From assembly GCF_037042905.1 (NCBI RefSeq), contig NC_087245.1, positions 22,818,001 to 22,882,000 of the forward strand: a stretch of DNA of 64,000 nt. The letters are read 5' to 3'. The position numbers were made by a program, and so were the translations under genes. Shown piece by piece: positions 9,611 through 23,889 of the stretch. Under the pieces are notes generated by a model. The model saw only the letters and a list, made by a program, of their open reading frames with translations. It was not told the origin of the DNA and searched no databases. How positions within the stretch are numbered: position 1 is the stretch's first letter; every line of letters starts with the position of its first letter. The DNA is from Lytechinus pictus. Taxonomy: Eukaryota.

Positions 9611-12311
9611 AAAGCTGCTTCATATACGTCCCGAGCGAGCGAGAAAAAAAAACACCTTTTCATGAAAATCTAACTTTGAGATATTTTAACATTATAATCA
9701 GTAAATAAAATTATATCCTACACTTTTCCTTTGCTTTTCTTTCCTCCTTTTTTGTGTTCTTGTTTGTAGAACTTTTAGGGGCCAATGTCCCAACCCTTCT
9801 ATACTCATATACGGCAGTGCTGTGCGGTTGGGGGTACGGGGCAGAGCCCCCGGAACTTCTTGACATCAAAGCCATTTAAACCTCGCAGATTGCCGCTATT
9901 TTAATCGAATCGCGGGCATATACAGAATAAATATAGCTTTTACAAAACACATTTAACACAGTTGCGTAATAAACCAAATATTTTGAGGGGGCAAAACATT
10001 GAAATGTGGGGAAAATTTGTAAAAAGTCACAAGCGTGCAAAGGGAGCTGAAAAAAATTGCCTATTGAAATTAAATTTTAATTATGTGATAGATTTTTCCA
10101 TTATATTATTCAGCAAATTCATTGTTTCCATTCATTTCTTTATACGTTGTGTCCTATAATTTCTTTTATTTCCTCTTGGGTGCCGAACCAAGACCCCCTC
10201 CCCCGCCTGTATGCCAGTGCTTGAACGTGATTGAACAGGGGCGTTATAGAGCCATTTGAAGGTTATAGATGAAGAGCCCCTACTTCGTGGGGTCTGGGGC
10301 AAAGGTAGCTTATTTGAATAAAATTTAGCAAGCTTATATCCGGCTTATATCACAATGTTGTATATGCAGTCCTTCTTTCTTCCCGCTCTTTAATTTCAAT
10401 CATCGACAGCCCGGTCATGTTATTATTTATTTCTTGTCCTTTTTCTTTGTTTTCCAATTTAGCTTAACTAATTACATTCTACCTTCGTTTCCCGCTACTG
10501 TTTGCCATTTTGTCTTTTTAAATTTTTTTTACATCCGTGCTATTGCATTACACAGGCCTATTTCGGAATGATTTGTTCTTTCTCAAATGTTCTTTCGTAC
10601 ATTTTCCCGCTTTCCTTCCTTTTCCATAAAAAAGTTTGTTCGTCGTTTTCTTTTCACTTTTTTATTTCCCTTTCCTACTTCCCTTTCCTTTTTCTCCTTT
10701 CCTTTTCCTCTTTCCCTTTCTTTCTCCCTCCTTTTTTTCTTTTTCCCGTTTTTCTTTTATTTTCCCGGTGAAATCAGCCAGGGGGGGGGGGGGGGTACTT
10801 GCCCCCCTGCCACACGCCTGTTACGCCACTGGATATATGAGAGAAATGACATATCAGTATGTTCCCTAGATCTCTTCCTTATAGGGGAGATGATTTTTGG
10901 TATGATTTTTCTTAAATTTTCTCCACCTGCAATAGAATATCAAATTGCATGCAAACATTCGCCAATACATCGTGTCATCATTATTATCGCACGCAAATCG
11001 TGCACCATTCATCAAATTTATCATTTACTACTTTTAATATAAACAAGCTTTAATTATCATCATCATCATCTTCGTCGTCGGTCATCATCATAATCCATCG
11101 TACCGGCAACATAATGGCCTACCAAGTTGCATCTAACGCACTCAAGGTTGCAACTTATCTTTTTCAAATAGCAATTTATTGTCACAATCGTATTTATATC
11201 ATTTTCACCATTATCATCACATAATTCAAACAAAAAATATATATCGTATTCACAACCAACCACACTTCAGACTTTATTTACTGTAATAATTTCACGTATT
11301 TAATAAATCAACACCACTACCCGTGATTTCCCGCAGCTCTCCACAGCACAAATCTCAAGACTCTGGTATTTATTATCTTTTATTGGCCGATGAGACTTGA
11401 GATGCAAAGCAAGAAAAGGTCAACAGGTAAATATTTTCATGTTAGTTTCCATTATGATCGATGTAAAAAAAATGTATATAGGGGCTGCTATCTTCCTGGC
11501 TCTTGCAATTCCACGTAATTTCATACTTAAATAGTATTCATAACAAAATCCCCTGACAACGACATTCACTACATAGCTTTTTGTCGACAAAAATCTAAAA
11601 ATATATTTTATTAGCAGGATTATAGCGTGCAATCATTTTTAATCGCACGAGCTAGCCACGGAAATTTTATTTTTTGTGGAGCGAGCTAGCTGCCCAAATT
11701 AGCCGTCTATAGAGGGCAGTCGCATTCATTGCAAACAAAAATGCTATACTTGCGAGAATCAGCCCGCTGGCGCGGTCTTTGCCGGGGTCTTTGCTGCGTT
11801 TATGGAAACAAATTTAGACCTAAATAGAATTTGATTTGAAAAGGTAAGTTATCACATACCAATACTGATTGCAAAGCTATACTCCATATTTTCTCAGAAC
11901 TGGGCCCCGCTTATGTTTCACTTATCGGGTGATCGAAACTAAAGTTTGAAATCACTTCCTGATGTTTCCACGATTTCCTCTCAGACGCATTCAACTAAAG
12001 ATCAGGAAAAGAAAATCTAGAGGATGCCTTTTTTTCGAAACACCTATCCACCGTTCGATTCTACAGTCATTGGACATCATTCCTTCAGAATGTACGCCGT
12101 TGTTGTTGAATGTCATATTGCATTCCTGTTGGTAAAATACATTCATTCATTCACTCTCGTCTGTCCCATTCACTCTAGCCTGCCCCTATTCAAACTTCCC
12201 GCCATTTGTGTGCTCGGTTTTTTCTTCACCCCAGTGCATCACAAAGGACCTACTGTGGATTCGCCGGTGTCATGGTAATGTCAATGGATTTGTAGTGATT
12301 ATCTCCGTCAA

Positions 12312-12467
12312 TCAGGGGCTGCGCGGAACCAGGGGGGGGGGGGGGCTGGCTTCAGTGCTTCCTCTTAAAAAAAAAAAACTATGTTCAGAAAAAGTGAAGA
12401 GGCCATCTGATTGTGATTTTTGCATGGTCAGCCCCCAAGTTTAAAAACCGTAGGTTCCTCGGCTCCT
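12312..12467. mobile_element. Short MITE (CAGGGGC...GCCCCTG family; second copy 58389-58549)
   Basis: Shared TIR caggggccgcggaac-like ends and internal catctgattgtga...ttttgcatggtcag block in both copies. Confidence 0.6.
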
Positions 12468-14576
12468 GTCAATAGTGTTTCAATATAATTCAATGTCGCT
12501 TGCTTCTTCAGATTGATGATTCAGGAACCAGTGGCATTATGCCAGACAACCCCCCACAAAAAAATAACAATAATAACTAACTAACTAACTTAACTAACTA
12601 AATAAATAAATACAACTTTAAAAAAATAAAATAGAAAATACATAAATAGATAAATTAAAAAGTAAAAATTAAAATAAAAATGGAGGGGCCGTGCAGACAA
12701 ATATGGGGCAGGATATTTTGTAAAAGCTGTGAGAGGACCGATCGAGTGAACAAAAATGTTTAGCTTACTGATACAAAAAATAATAATTTTGTGGTAGATG
12801 ATCAGATAACGAGATCCCCGACGTCCATCGTAAATACATTTCCTACACCCATGTATGCGACTTGTCATCCATCATTTCTTGTAAACGAAATCAACATGGT
12901 GATATCCATGATCTCATCATCTGATCTTCTCTTAATTCTAAACGATTTAGACATCTTCTAACATTATGTCAATATGATGACATCCATCATCTCATCATTT
13001 CTTCTAAAGGATGATTATCAGGGAAGGAGTTATGAGTCAAGGGAACAACTTATTGAAGTTGTAAGTGGAGGGAGCATGTCAACGTTCTTTATACGAGATA
13101 ATAGGTTATAAGGTTACCACAATTCGACAGGATGTAGACATGATCTTTTGTCATCCTATCATTTATTCTACAGTAGACATGACGCGATGATTATTTGAAC
13201 CACTGGCGTACATACTGGGGGCTTTGGGGACTCTTCCCCCCAAAAAACAAAACACGATCAAGAAAAAAAGAAGGGAAGAACAAGAAAGGGATAAGGGTGA
13301 AATATGATATTATTTTCTGAATATTATGTCAAAATCTATCACAGCTTGGCGTTTACCAGCATAAAGCTGTCCTGCCTAAACTACGGGAGTTACCATAAAC
13401 AGAAACAGGAACAGCAATTTTTGTAATAAAAATGTCGAAATTTTTGCTCACTCGCTTCGCTAGCTCACAACTTATTAATCTTACGCGATACGCCATAACG
13501 GCCCCTCGATTTTTTTGCTCATTACGCAACTGAAACATCTGATTGGCTTCTGTAAGGATGTAGATATGAAGAGACCGGAGATGATTGCCATCTTATAAAT
13601 CTCGTCCATCCTCTTTATGAAGGCATCCGCAACACCTTACGACTAGCTAGTCCATTATCCGACTTTGAAACAAACCTGCTCATTTTCTGAAAATGTGAAA
13701 AAGTATTGAGGTTCAAATTAACTATAAGAATACTAATATATCAATAGCCTCGGTTCCATTATACCAAGTATAAATATTCTTATATGTTGAGGTCAAAACC
13801 TGTAATACTCACCAATACTCTCTTAATTATTCTGAGTATTCCAAAGTTAATCGTTTGTGTCCATCATCTACATGAGTTTATGCCAGATATTTGGTTAGAA
13901 CTGGCTTATTGCACAGCCTTCCCTTTTCAGTCATCAGGTCTTTTTTGGCTAGTACATTATTCACTTATAATGTAAGGGCACTGGGGGGGGGGGGGGGTTG
14001 GGGGGTTGACATGATTTCTGGAATGCCTCAATCACAATTTTGTTGTCATCTATGTATACCCTCTTTTTGAAAGACTTTCAAGTTTTCCTATCTAGATTGT
14101 AACCTAGGATGGTTGATCTTTAGAAGGGAGATGCAGCTAGTGATGCTGGTTGACACTGCACTTCTCTGCCCTTAACTCACACTTAGTCATATATGGTGAC
14201 TCTGCCAGAAGATTGGCATATTGTAAAATAAACTGGGTTCCAAAAGAAACTTATCAAACTTTACAAGGACACCGCACACATTCTACTAAGTAAAAAAGAA
14301 CAATATTTTTCAATAATCCTATCTAAGCACATGTCAATAATTAAGAGATTGGTTTAATCAAAGAGAGATTTATAGCCCCTCACATTAATTGGTGTCAGAA
14401 TCCAAAGTTGCAAAATAGCAAAAGAAAGATCAATGAAAATGTGATGGAATTAAACAAGATTCTCAGTTTATTACAAATGTCCTTCATGGGCATATTTAAT
14501 GATTGGCTCAATCACAAAGAAGCTACAGGAAATTAACATCAAAATTTGAAATTATTGGATCAATCACACAGCCACA

Positions 14577-17572
14577 CCCCCTGGGGATGTCCCGGCCGCG
14601 AAATTATTTTTCCCACCGAGTTCTGGACCGACATATGAATATTCATAACTTGCGTCTTCGGATTGAGAGTACGCATGCGCGTGGACTTGGCCTCGACCAG
14701 TGCCGATCGTAAGCATTCACGTTACTCAGAATGAATTAGCATCGTCAAATTACCGGTAGGGGGCCTACCCTTACATAGTTACATAGGCCTTATAGGCTTA
14801 GATCTATATATACATCCAATTCTTAAACACTTATCAAACTAGCTGCCATTAATGACAAGACATGTGCTAGGGTAGGGCTAGCTTAGGCTAGCGCATTAAC
14901 TTTACCTCAAATCTGGACCTGTCTAATGCCTAATACTATAGGAATAGCCGACTAATGCCATGGTTAACTTGAACTTGTTAATTCCGAACTTTACGTTTGA
15001 TTAGGTTTGGACCAATATAAGCTTATTTACTGGTTTAATATGTCTAGTCCGTATACAGAACCAGTCCTAGATCTAAAAAAAAATTCTTAGTTCTAGTCTA
15101 GTCTCTAGATCTAGACTCTGATCTACGCGCTAGCAGCATGGAACCACTAGTGTACCAAAGGGGGGGGGGGGGGGGCAGACTGCCCCCCTGACGAGTCACA
15201 ACTGATCCAGGGGACGTTTTAAAACAAAAATAATTTCATGATAGAGACATATTAAAATAATGATATAGTTACCAGTGTACACATAATCCATAATTTGTTC
15301 TATAGGCGATTTACATTGCAATAATTATTATTATCACGGTCATCTGATCCTGGCATTCTCAGCGTATGTTTTCTCCACTCCCTGGGACAGGGGCAGCAGA
15401 AAATTATTATGGGGGGGGGGGGTCAACGCCAAAAAGGCACCCATTTTTCAAAATGAGTTTTTTTGTGCAAGCTGGTTTTGTAATCATGAAAAAGATGTGT
15501 ATCTAACTAAAAAATAACTTTGCGCTCGCTAATTCTTTTTATATACTGACCAGTAAAGGAAGCAGTTAATTAAGCAGTTAATTACTGCATTTTGAATAAG
15601 ACTCATAACTCACCAATAAAAAATAATGCGAGCGCAAAGCGCGAGCTCAAAAATTTGTGATATTCCAACCTGAAAACTGGACATTCTAAGCATTTTTTTG
15701 TGAACGGGAAGAGAACGAGTACAATAATTGATGCGAGTGCAGGAAGCGAGCCAAATATTTGTGATATTTCAACCATAAAGCAACATTCTATACATTTTTG
15801 TAACCATTAGCAGTACTGTACTAAACAATAATTGATTCAAGCACGATTCAAAATCTGTGATTTTCGAACCTAAAATGTATTATGTTTTATTATTAAAGAA
15901 GGTATTTCTTTTTTTAAAAGGGCATATTTCATTTGAAAAAAAAAAATCCTACAGGGATTTTTTTTGGGGGGGGGGCAAGAGAGCACAAAGCGCAAGCTAA
16001 AATTTTCAAATGCTTAAACTGAAAATTAGTCATTTTTAGGACTCTTGTCAGTTTTCATATTTTTTCTGCTTACAACCACTTTTATTTAACAGTTAATTAA
16101 TCATTAATTATTAATACTTATTCATAATATTAAAAATTATTAATTATTAAATTATTATTTTTTAATTATTATTTCTTGAAACCATATTGACACAAAAACA
16201 AATACATTGTTTATTTCCTTGAAACTGTAGAGAAATGAGATTCAATGTTGAACGATATATGATTAAAAAGAAGTGAACATTTTTTCCCCTTTGTTTTGTC
16301 AATCTGACCCAAAACAAATATAAAATTTAGAAGAGAGATGGAGAGAGAAGAAGAAGTCCCACCACCAAGAATAAACTTAGACAAGGGGGAAAGGGAAAGG
16401 AAAAGATGGAGTAAATGTGATATTATTTTTTAAACAATCTATTGCAAAATTAGCTTTTCTTATAGAAAGAGGGGGACAGGTTTTGTTCACTCGCTCGCTT
16501 CAATCGCTTTCTTTTTTTTTGACATAAATTTTGCTCTATATATGCCATGCTTGGCCTCTCAAAGTTTCTGGCTCATCATGCCATTGACATAACCCATTTG
16601 GATATGACAAAATTGGAGACTGTGTTCAAGTTTACCAAATCTTTTCAGAATATCATTAACACTTAAAACATTCTTGTTGGCCAAAGAAAATAATACAAGG
16701 AAAATCCTAATGGAATAGAAATCAACCTTGTTATCGTTCTTTAGAGTTAGCTATGTTTAAAGTATGAAAATTGTTGTCAAAATTGCAGTCAGATGTAAAA
16801 ATTATTCTTGTCATCAAAGCACTATTATCTTGATCATGACCATTATTATTTGCTGTCATTATCATCATATGATTACAACACATTACCAATACATAATGCT
16901 ATTTTTCATAACTGATGTATTCTTTGTTTGAATTTCTTGATAATGGTGACGATTACAATTGATGACACTGCTAGTACACTTACTACTGCTGCTGCTACTG
17001 TTACTGGTGATTGGTAGTATTGACCATTAGTGTTATTAAATATATATATAAAAAAAACAATTGAAACATTTATAATTACTTATTTAAAACAAATGAAAGT
17101 ACAAAATACAAAATGCCTTGAAAAATCCTTAAAATTTCAAGGCTCAAAATCCTCAAGGCCAAGGCCCTCTCAAGGCCAAGGCTTTGAAAAAGTAGCTAGG
17201 CATTAAGGCGCCTTATTAAGGCCAAGGCCGAGCATCAAGGCACTACAACACTGATTAGTACTAGGCATTAATTAGACAGGTCCAGATTTGAGGTAAAGTT
17301 AATGCAGCTAGTTTATTAAGTGTTTAAGAATTGGATATATATATATATAGATAGATTTAAGCCTATAAGACCTATGTAACTATGTAAGGGCACCGGTAAT
17401 TTGACGATCTTAATTCATTCTGAGCAACGTGAATGCTTACGATCGGCACTTGTCGAGGCCAAGTCCACGCGCATGCGTACTCTCAATCCGAAGACGCAAG
17501 TCATGAATATTCATATGTTGGTCCAGAACTCGGTGGGAAAAATAATTTCGCGTCCCGGCCGGCAGGCGGGGG
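14577..17572. mobile_element. ~3-kb long-TIR (foldback/Mutator-like) non-autonomous element with nested repeats
   Basis: ~360-bp inverted repeats (14577-14940 vs 17255-17572); the interior holds gcgagcgcgaagcgcgagc-family repeats and a caaggc-rich hAT-like end (~17130-17253); no TSD identified. Confidence 0.75.
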
Positions 17573-18767
17573 ATAATCTGAACGCGATAAGGAGGGTGAC
17601 CCCCACAAAATAGTGTCACTACCAAAGGGAAAAAAGCTAGAGAAAAAAAAACATAATGTACTAAAATACTTTTAATATTTACGGGTTTAAAAGGAAGTTA
17701 GGGGTAAAGGTCATGAACCGCGCCGGAAGCGTCAGGTCGGGCAAGGCTAAGTGTATTCGGGTATAGGGAATCAGTCAAGACGTTTTCTGATTTGATCGAG
17801 ATATGTTCTGATAATTTTATTTCCACCAGCAAGGGAAGATGTGTTATTTCTATTAAGCTTGTTCGCTAATCTTCAATAGTCGAACATGGCATACGTTGAT
17901 TTTATTATTGATTTGTTTTAGTTGTGGAAAACTCACATGTGATGGTAAGCAGAATTTGAATATTCTTATTAATTAGTTGGCGATTGTATTAGACTTATAA
18001 ATTTGATTCAAATCATTATGTGTTACTAGATTTTGGAGATAATAATATGAAACAAGGTAACGTCAAACGTTTAACAGTTATTTAGGCAAGTTATTTTATT
18101 GTGAAAATGTATTATTTATGACAGTCAGAAGAGTTGTGATTAAGTATTTTCAAATACAACCCGAGTAGAATACGGTGTGCATGCGTATGATTGCGGATGT
18201 GTGTGATCTGAAAGGTTTCGGTAATAATATTATGAAATTCGAGAAGAAGTTTGGATTTTTTTTTCTTTCAAACAGAGTTTTATTTCTGGGTTCAACGATT
18301 CGCCGTCAGAGTCTGACACACGTAAAGGTCCAGACGTTGTGGAAGGCCGTCGACGGGTCGACATCAGATGTTCACCGACACTGAGCCGCCAGTAGGCCTA
18401 GTCATCGCCTGCGGATATGATGATGTCGACACAACAAGTATTAACAGGACTCTTTCGCGTTCAAGAATTACACGGGGCCACATCAGTGGACTTTTTCAGT
18501 TTTTTGGCCTTTCTTTGTACGAGTGTGTTTGGTGTGGATGAATGGGTGATTTACTTATTCAGATTTAATTACAGCCGGCCGGTTATGTTTGAAAAAAACG
18601 AAATTATTTCCATGGTTTCTGTATTTAAATTCTGTTATAACGGAATTTCACAAGCTTTGGAAATTATGATCAACACTTAAAGTATACTCTAATTAATTGT
18701 ACTTGAACTAAATCAAAGTCTGAAAAGTCTGTTGATTTTAGTCTCTGTTCTAGGATCTCATTTTGTA

Positions 18768-21145
18768 CATTAAAGCAAATGCTTAGGAGAATGTGCCAGG
18801 AACGGCCAGAGGATTGGGACAGATAAAAGGATTGGGACATATACTTACCTGCTCTCTCATTCGCTTACCGTGAGGTCCCTCATGAGAGATTGGGGTATTC
18901 CACCTTTGAGTTGATGTACGGAAGGGCGGTTAGGGGTCCGTTAACGATCTTAAAGGAGTTATGATTTGAAGAAATAGCAGAAGAGGAAGTTAAGTCTACT
19001 TACCACATTGTTAAAAAACCCTGATTTTACAGAAAAAAAAGATTTTGCAGAAAGCAATAACAGAATCATTCTATAAACTCATAAAACAGGAATTTTCTGC
19101 AATTTAACAGAACAGGTCTGTTTAAAAAGGGGAAAAGGGTGTTTTATTTAAGGAAATTTGTAAGAGTCCACACACCAAATACCAATTTCCTGTAAGATTA
19201 CGCAATCTGGTAAGATTACAGGTGTTCTCGAGACTCTGCTGCAGGAACTTCTTTTTTTTTAAGGATAAATTTTCTAACAGTGCAGTATGTTCTTGACTTA
19301 CAGGATAGTTTGAAATCGACATGCAGGGTAGCCAAGACTGAGCTCGAGAAGTCGTCGAGGAAATACAAGAAGCATTTCGATGTCAAAGCTAGAGAACGAA
19401 GGTTCGAATGCGGTGATCAGGTATTGCTGCTTCTCCCTACCAGCTCAAATAAGCTGTTGATGCAGATTAAAGGACCTTTTGAGGTAGTAAGCAAGGTTGC
19501 TCGGCACAACTATGTTCTGCAGATCGGAAAGAAGAGGAAACATTCCACACCAACCTTGTGAAGCTGTATGTAAGCAGGTCGCCAAACGAGCTAGACAAGG
19601 ACGCCGAGAGGATTGAGGAGAAAGATGCCCACGCAGCTGAAACCAGAGTACCAACAGGTAACGCAATCCAGGTTGTTGACGACCACGATATCGATTATGA
19701 AAATCGTGACAGTATGTTAGGGATCCCCTTTCCTTCAATGGATCAGACTGAAAGAGTTGGTAATGTAAAGTTTGGTGAAATGATTGAAGAGAATCAACGA
19801 GCAAAGATGGAGACGCTCATCCAAGAGTATATACCGATATTATGACGGATGTCCCTGGACACACAGATATCATTTCTCACAGCGTCGAATTAAACACACA
19901 GTTTCATATACGCTCGAGACCTTTTCAAGTTCCACATGCCCTTCGAGACACCATTAAGGAAAAGGTCGACATGATGTTGAAAATTTGAATCATCGAGAAG
20001 TCAGCTTCTCCATATGCGTCACCCGTCGTCATAGTAAAGAAGAAGGACGGTAAGAATCGGTTTTGTGTGCACTATCGGAAGATAAACGCCGGAACCGTGG
20101 TCGACAACGAACCCATACTATACATGGACGAAATACTTGCAGATGTTTGAGGAGCGAAGTCCTTCGCGAAGATTGATCTCTGCAAGGGATACTGGCAAAT
20201 ACCGGTTAAGGTTCAAGGCAGAGGGAAACTTCCTTTGTAACCCCGGATGGCCAATACCAATTCAAGGTCCTTCCGTTCGGCATGGCCAATGCCCTTGCTC
20301 TCTTCACGAGGATGATGAGAAGTCTACTACACGGTATACCACATGTCGTCAACTATATTGACGACATGCTTATCTTTATTTTTACATGGGGTGAGCACAT
20401 CGAGGATGTCAAGAAAGTGATGAATGCACTTCGTGCAGCTAATCTCACGACAAGACCAACCAAATGCTACTTTGGTTGTACTTCTGTTGAATACCTCGGA
20501 TATGTGGTCGGCGGAGGTGGATTCAAACCTACCCCGAAGGCGTCGACAAGACACTCAAGGCATTGACGCCGACGACAAAGAAGGAGGTAAGATCTTTCAT
20601 CGGCCTATAGTGAGCTATATTACTGTAAGTTCATTCCAAACATGGCGGTAACAGCTGTACTTTTCAAAGACTTAAGTAAAACATTGCACCAAACAAGGTA
20701 GGTTGGGGTGAGGCTCAGGACAGGAGGAAGCTTACCGGGACTTGAAGGAAAGAATATGTAATTCCCGGTCCTTCGCCTACCCGACTTCGAGAGGGAATTC
20801 GTACTTTGCACCGACGCCTCGGATGTAGGCATTGGTGCCGTTTTGTTGCAACCCCATGATGGTATGCTCTACCCAATTCAATTTGCCAGTCGTAAGTTGC
20901 ACGCTAGAGAACGTGCTTATCCAATCATTGAGCGCGAATGTCTCGCGCTAGTTTGGGCGATCAAGAAATTTGCCTATTTTCTGCATGGACGAAAATTCAG
21001 GTTGCAAACAAACCATTTTCCGTTACCCAATCTGTCAAAGATGCAAACGAAAATCCATGAGTAATGCGATGGGCTCTGGTAATGCAGGTATATTAGTATA
21101 ATTTTGAAATAATAAGACTCAGAAAATACTGGAGCAGACTACTGC
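18768..21145 (+). pseudogene. Decayed Gypsy pol with Gmr1-type domain order (integrase, then RT, then RNase H); probable LTR/UTR upstream from ~17614
   Basis: IN: LKQMLRRMCQERPEDWD..YLPALSFAYREVPHE..GYSTFELMYGR, GPFEV; RT: SPYASPVVIVKKKDG, PFGM, YIDD; RH: TDASDVGIGAVL, ERECLALVWAIKKF, ADY; many stops and frameshifts. Confidence 0.85.
19006..19282. mobile_element. CACT-type (EnSpm-like) MITE inserted in the Gypsy integrase
   Basis: cattgttaaaaa...ttttctaacagtg with 2-bp TSD ca; removing it restores KSTYQYVLDL. Confidence 0.75.
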
Positions 21146-21374
21146 TGAAGCACCCCTAGCACCTGCTTCCCAGGGCCATGCTTTTAAACCGTTTTCAGAC
21201 GATTTTGAAACTTGTTGCAGAGACGTTTTCCGAGGCCCCATGACTTTTCATTAGTCTCGGGAATCTCAAAACCGTCTCAAAATAGTCCCAAATCTGTCTC
21301 AGAGACGTCTCCAATACTCTTATCCCGTAAAATTTTCGGTGAATTGCCATTTGGTCTAACCCACTTTGACCAAT

Positions 21375-21557
21375 CGCCAGTATGTTGTTTTCGTATTATA
21401 ATGATGATTTGATGTTGCAATCGCAAAGTGTAAGCGCGCCACCTTGTGTTGGTCTCTTGGCCACGGTTATTAAAGACAGTAATTAAAGACGTAACCTCAA
21501 AGTTGTCTAGTTTATTTACTTCTTTTACATTAAGTTGGCCCTTATTAACCCATGGCG
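21375..21557 (+). repeat. 5' LTR
   Basis: Near-identical to 36106-36283 (a few substitutions and one small indel). Confidence 0.85.
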
Positions 21558-21573
21558 TGGTGGCAGCTGGATT
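21558..21573 (+). promoter_or_regulatory. Putative primer binding site (tRNA 3'-end complement, probably tRNA-Leu)
   Basis: tggtggcagctggatt directly after the 5' LTR. Confidence 0.55.
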
Positions 21574-21670
21574 GTCTCCACCCATCGAGTATAAATTAGC
21601 CTTCCCAAGTTAATTTAACCCTATAAATGGGGGCTAGGCACGCCGTGTTCTATCGGTTGTAGACGAGAGG

Positions 21671-22205
21671 TTGGGTTTCTTCCCGAATATAAATTTGTGT
21701 AGTCCCACATATACCATGGTCAGGGCCGCTTTGACCGCCGCAGCAGCCGTTCTAGATGCGTCGAAATGGCGTTTGGCTAGCAGGTCGTCGCAACCAGGGT
21801 TGCGCCAGTTTTCTGCCAGCAGGCAGATATTGAATAAACCTTGTTTTTGTGCCCGCACAATTGATAATTCGCGGATTAATGTTGAATTGAAGAGCGGATC
21901 ACAGCTCAATTTAATCAGTGAATCTGTAGCAGATGATATTGCTGTTGAGATTCTTGTTGATGGTTTTGGTTTTGATGATTGTTTTGTTGATGATGTGTCC
22001 ATGCTTAGTCTAGTAGATCAGACCCAGGTGGTCGGTTTGACCCAGTTCACATTATTTTATGCTGGATGTGAGCTTTGGTTTGACGGTGTGGTAGTCCAGG
22101 ATGGCTACTTGAGTGGTTCTTGTGGTATTGTTGCTGGGGCTCCGTTCATGGAGCAGAACGATATTTCAGTTCGCCCCTCCAAGCACTTGATCATGTTGGA
22201 GACAG
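21671..22205 (+). pseudogene. Degenerate gag/aspartic-protease region of the LTR element, resuming at 33476
   Basis: LKSGSQLNLI (degenerate DSG active-site position), IVAGAPFMEQNDISVRPSKHLIM, then GDSATFCYG after the insertion. Confidence 0.6.
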
Positions 22206-23889
22206 CAGGCGCGGATCCAAAATTTTGTGGGGAGGGGGGCCCAAATTTGACCTGATTTTTGGCGCCCATGTGTACTTTTCGAAAAATGGCGCCCCCTCCC
22301 TCCCGGCCAGGCTAACTTAAATGCCTTGAATGTATTTTGAATTATCTTATTACATAATCACATAAAAAAAGGCAATTAAAGACCACTTTTTTTTATGTGT
22401 TCTTGAACAAAAAAATCCATGAATATATAATGTAATATCAATTGGAGCGCGAAGCGCGAGCGATTTTTTGGGGGGTCTCAATTTGGTTTAACTTCTCACC
22501 AGATTAGGCCCTACTAGAATATTGTGTGAACGGGAGCTGTAGTTTCTTTACTAGTTGTTTAGAATAGCCCTTATTAATATCAATGATAACCTCTTGGGAA
22601 TAATGCAATCTCGAAGCAATCGACTCAATCTCCTCATCAGTAGCGAAGCTGTGATTTATTCAGCAGGGTTGCACGGGGGGGGGGGGGTGCTTGTTGAACT
22701 TTTGTAGAGGGCACCAAGATAAAACAATAAAAATAAAATGGGGGGGTAGAAGTTAAAGAAATTCCGAAATTTTATTCTTAAAAACACATTGAGGTATCTC
22801 ACAAGGCCTAAATAAATAATGATAACGCGAAGCGCGATATATTTGACATAAAATTTGGAAAATAATATTATATTTCACCATAATCCTTTTCCTTTTCTCT
22901 CTTTTTTTTCTTGGTCGTGATTTTTTTTTTTTTTTGGGGGGGGGACAAAACGCCCATGTCCTAACAGTCATTTCCTAGCTTTACTTTATAAACAACATTA
23001 ATGTGCAATAATCTCATAAGCCCTATGCGAGGAAAAAAAAATTAAATTTCATGTATTTTGACCTGAAAATTGAACATTCTGGGCAATGTTTGTGAAACTG
23101 AACAAGATGCGTATGTAACTAGATAATTACTACGAGCGCGAAGCGCGAGCAGAAATTTTTAATGTGCGTTCTGACCTGGTCGAAAAGGGACCTGTTAAGG
23201 AAGTTTTGCAGTTAGCCATTAAGACAATACATATTTCAACGATTAAATAATGCGACGCGAAGCGCGAGCTGAACATTTTTGATATTCCAACCTAAAAAAT
23301 TAGATTTCAAACCCCCAACGGGACACTCGATTCATGTTTTGTCACTCATGAAAAATGATGGGTAGTTTTTGGTATCTTCCTACATTAATAATACGAGCGC
23401 AAAGCGCGAGCAGAAAATTTTTATATTCTGATCTAAAACTGGATAATTTTAGCACGTTTTTAATAAGATCAAGATGCGTATCTCGATAAACATGCATGCA
23501 CGTGTTTTAGAGTTAGACAAAATCTGGGCATTCTGAATACATTTCATTTTTCATCATGAAAATCAATAATGCGAGTGCGGATCGCGAGCTGGAAATAATA
23601 TTTGAAATTCCGATATGAAATGGGTCAATTTAAGCAATATTTAAAGCACTGTGTATATAGGGGAATTGTGAAGTGGATGTGGAAAGTACTTAATAAATGA
23701 TTCGAGCGCGAAGCGCGAGCTGATATTTTATTATTTTTTTAAACTAGGATCGAGACATTTTAGGCCTAAGGACATTTTGTCATATAAAAATGATGCCTAT
23801 CTTTTATTCCTCTTCCTAGAACGTGTCGATATTTTTTTTTGAAAAAGGACAATTTAGTTATGAATTCATAAAAATTGTATTTCATATTT

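Noticed and set aside
11640..12300. Possible promoter/first exon (strong aag|gtaagt donor near 11843)
   Set aside because: No coherent reading frame or downstream exon could be built.
21634..22002. Minus-strand 122-aa ORF
   Set aside because: Antisense to the degenerate gag/protease region, with no recognisable motif.
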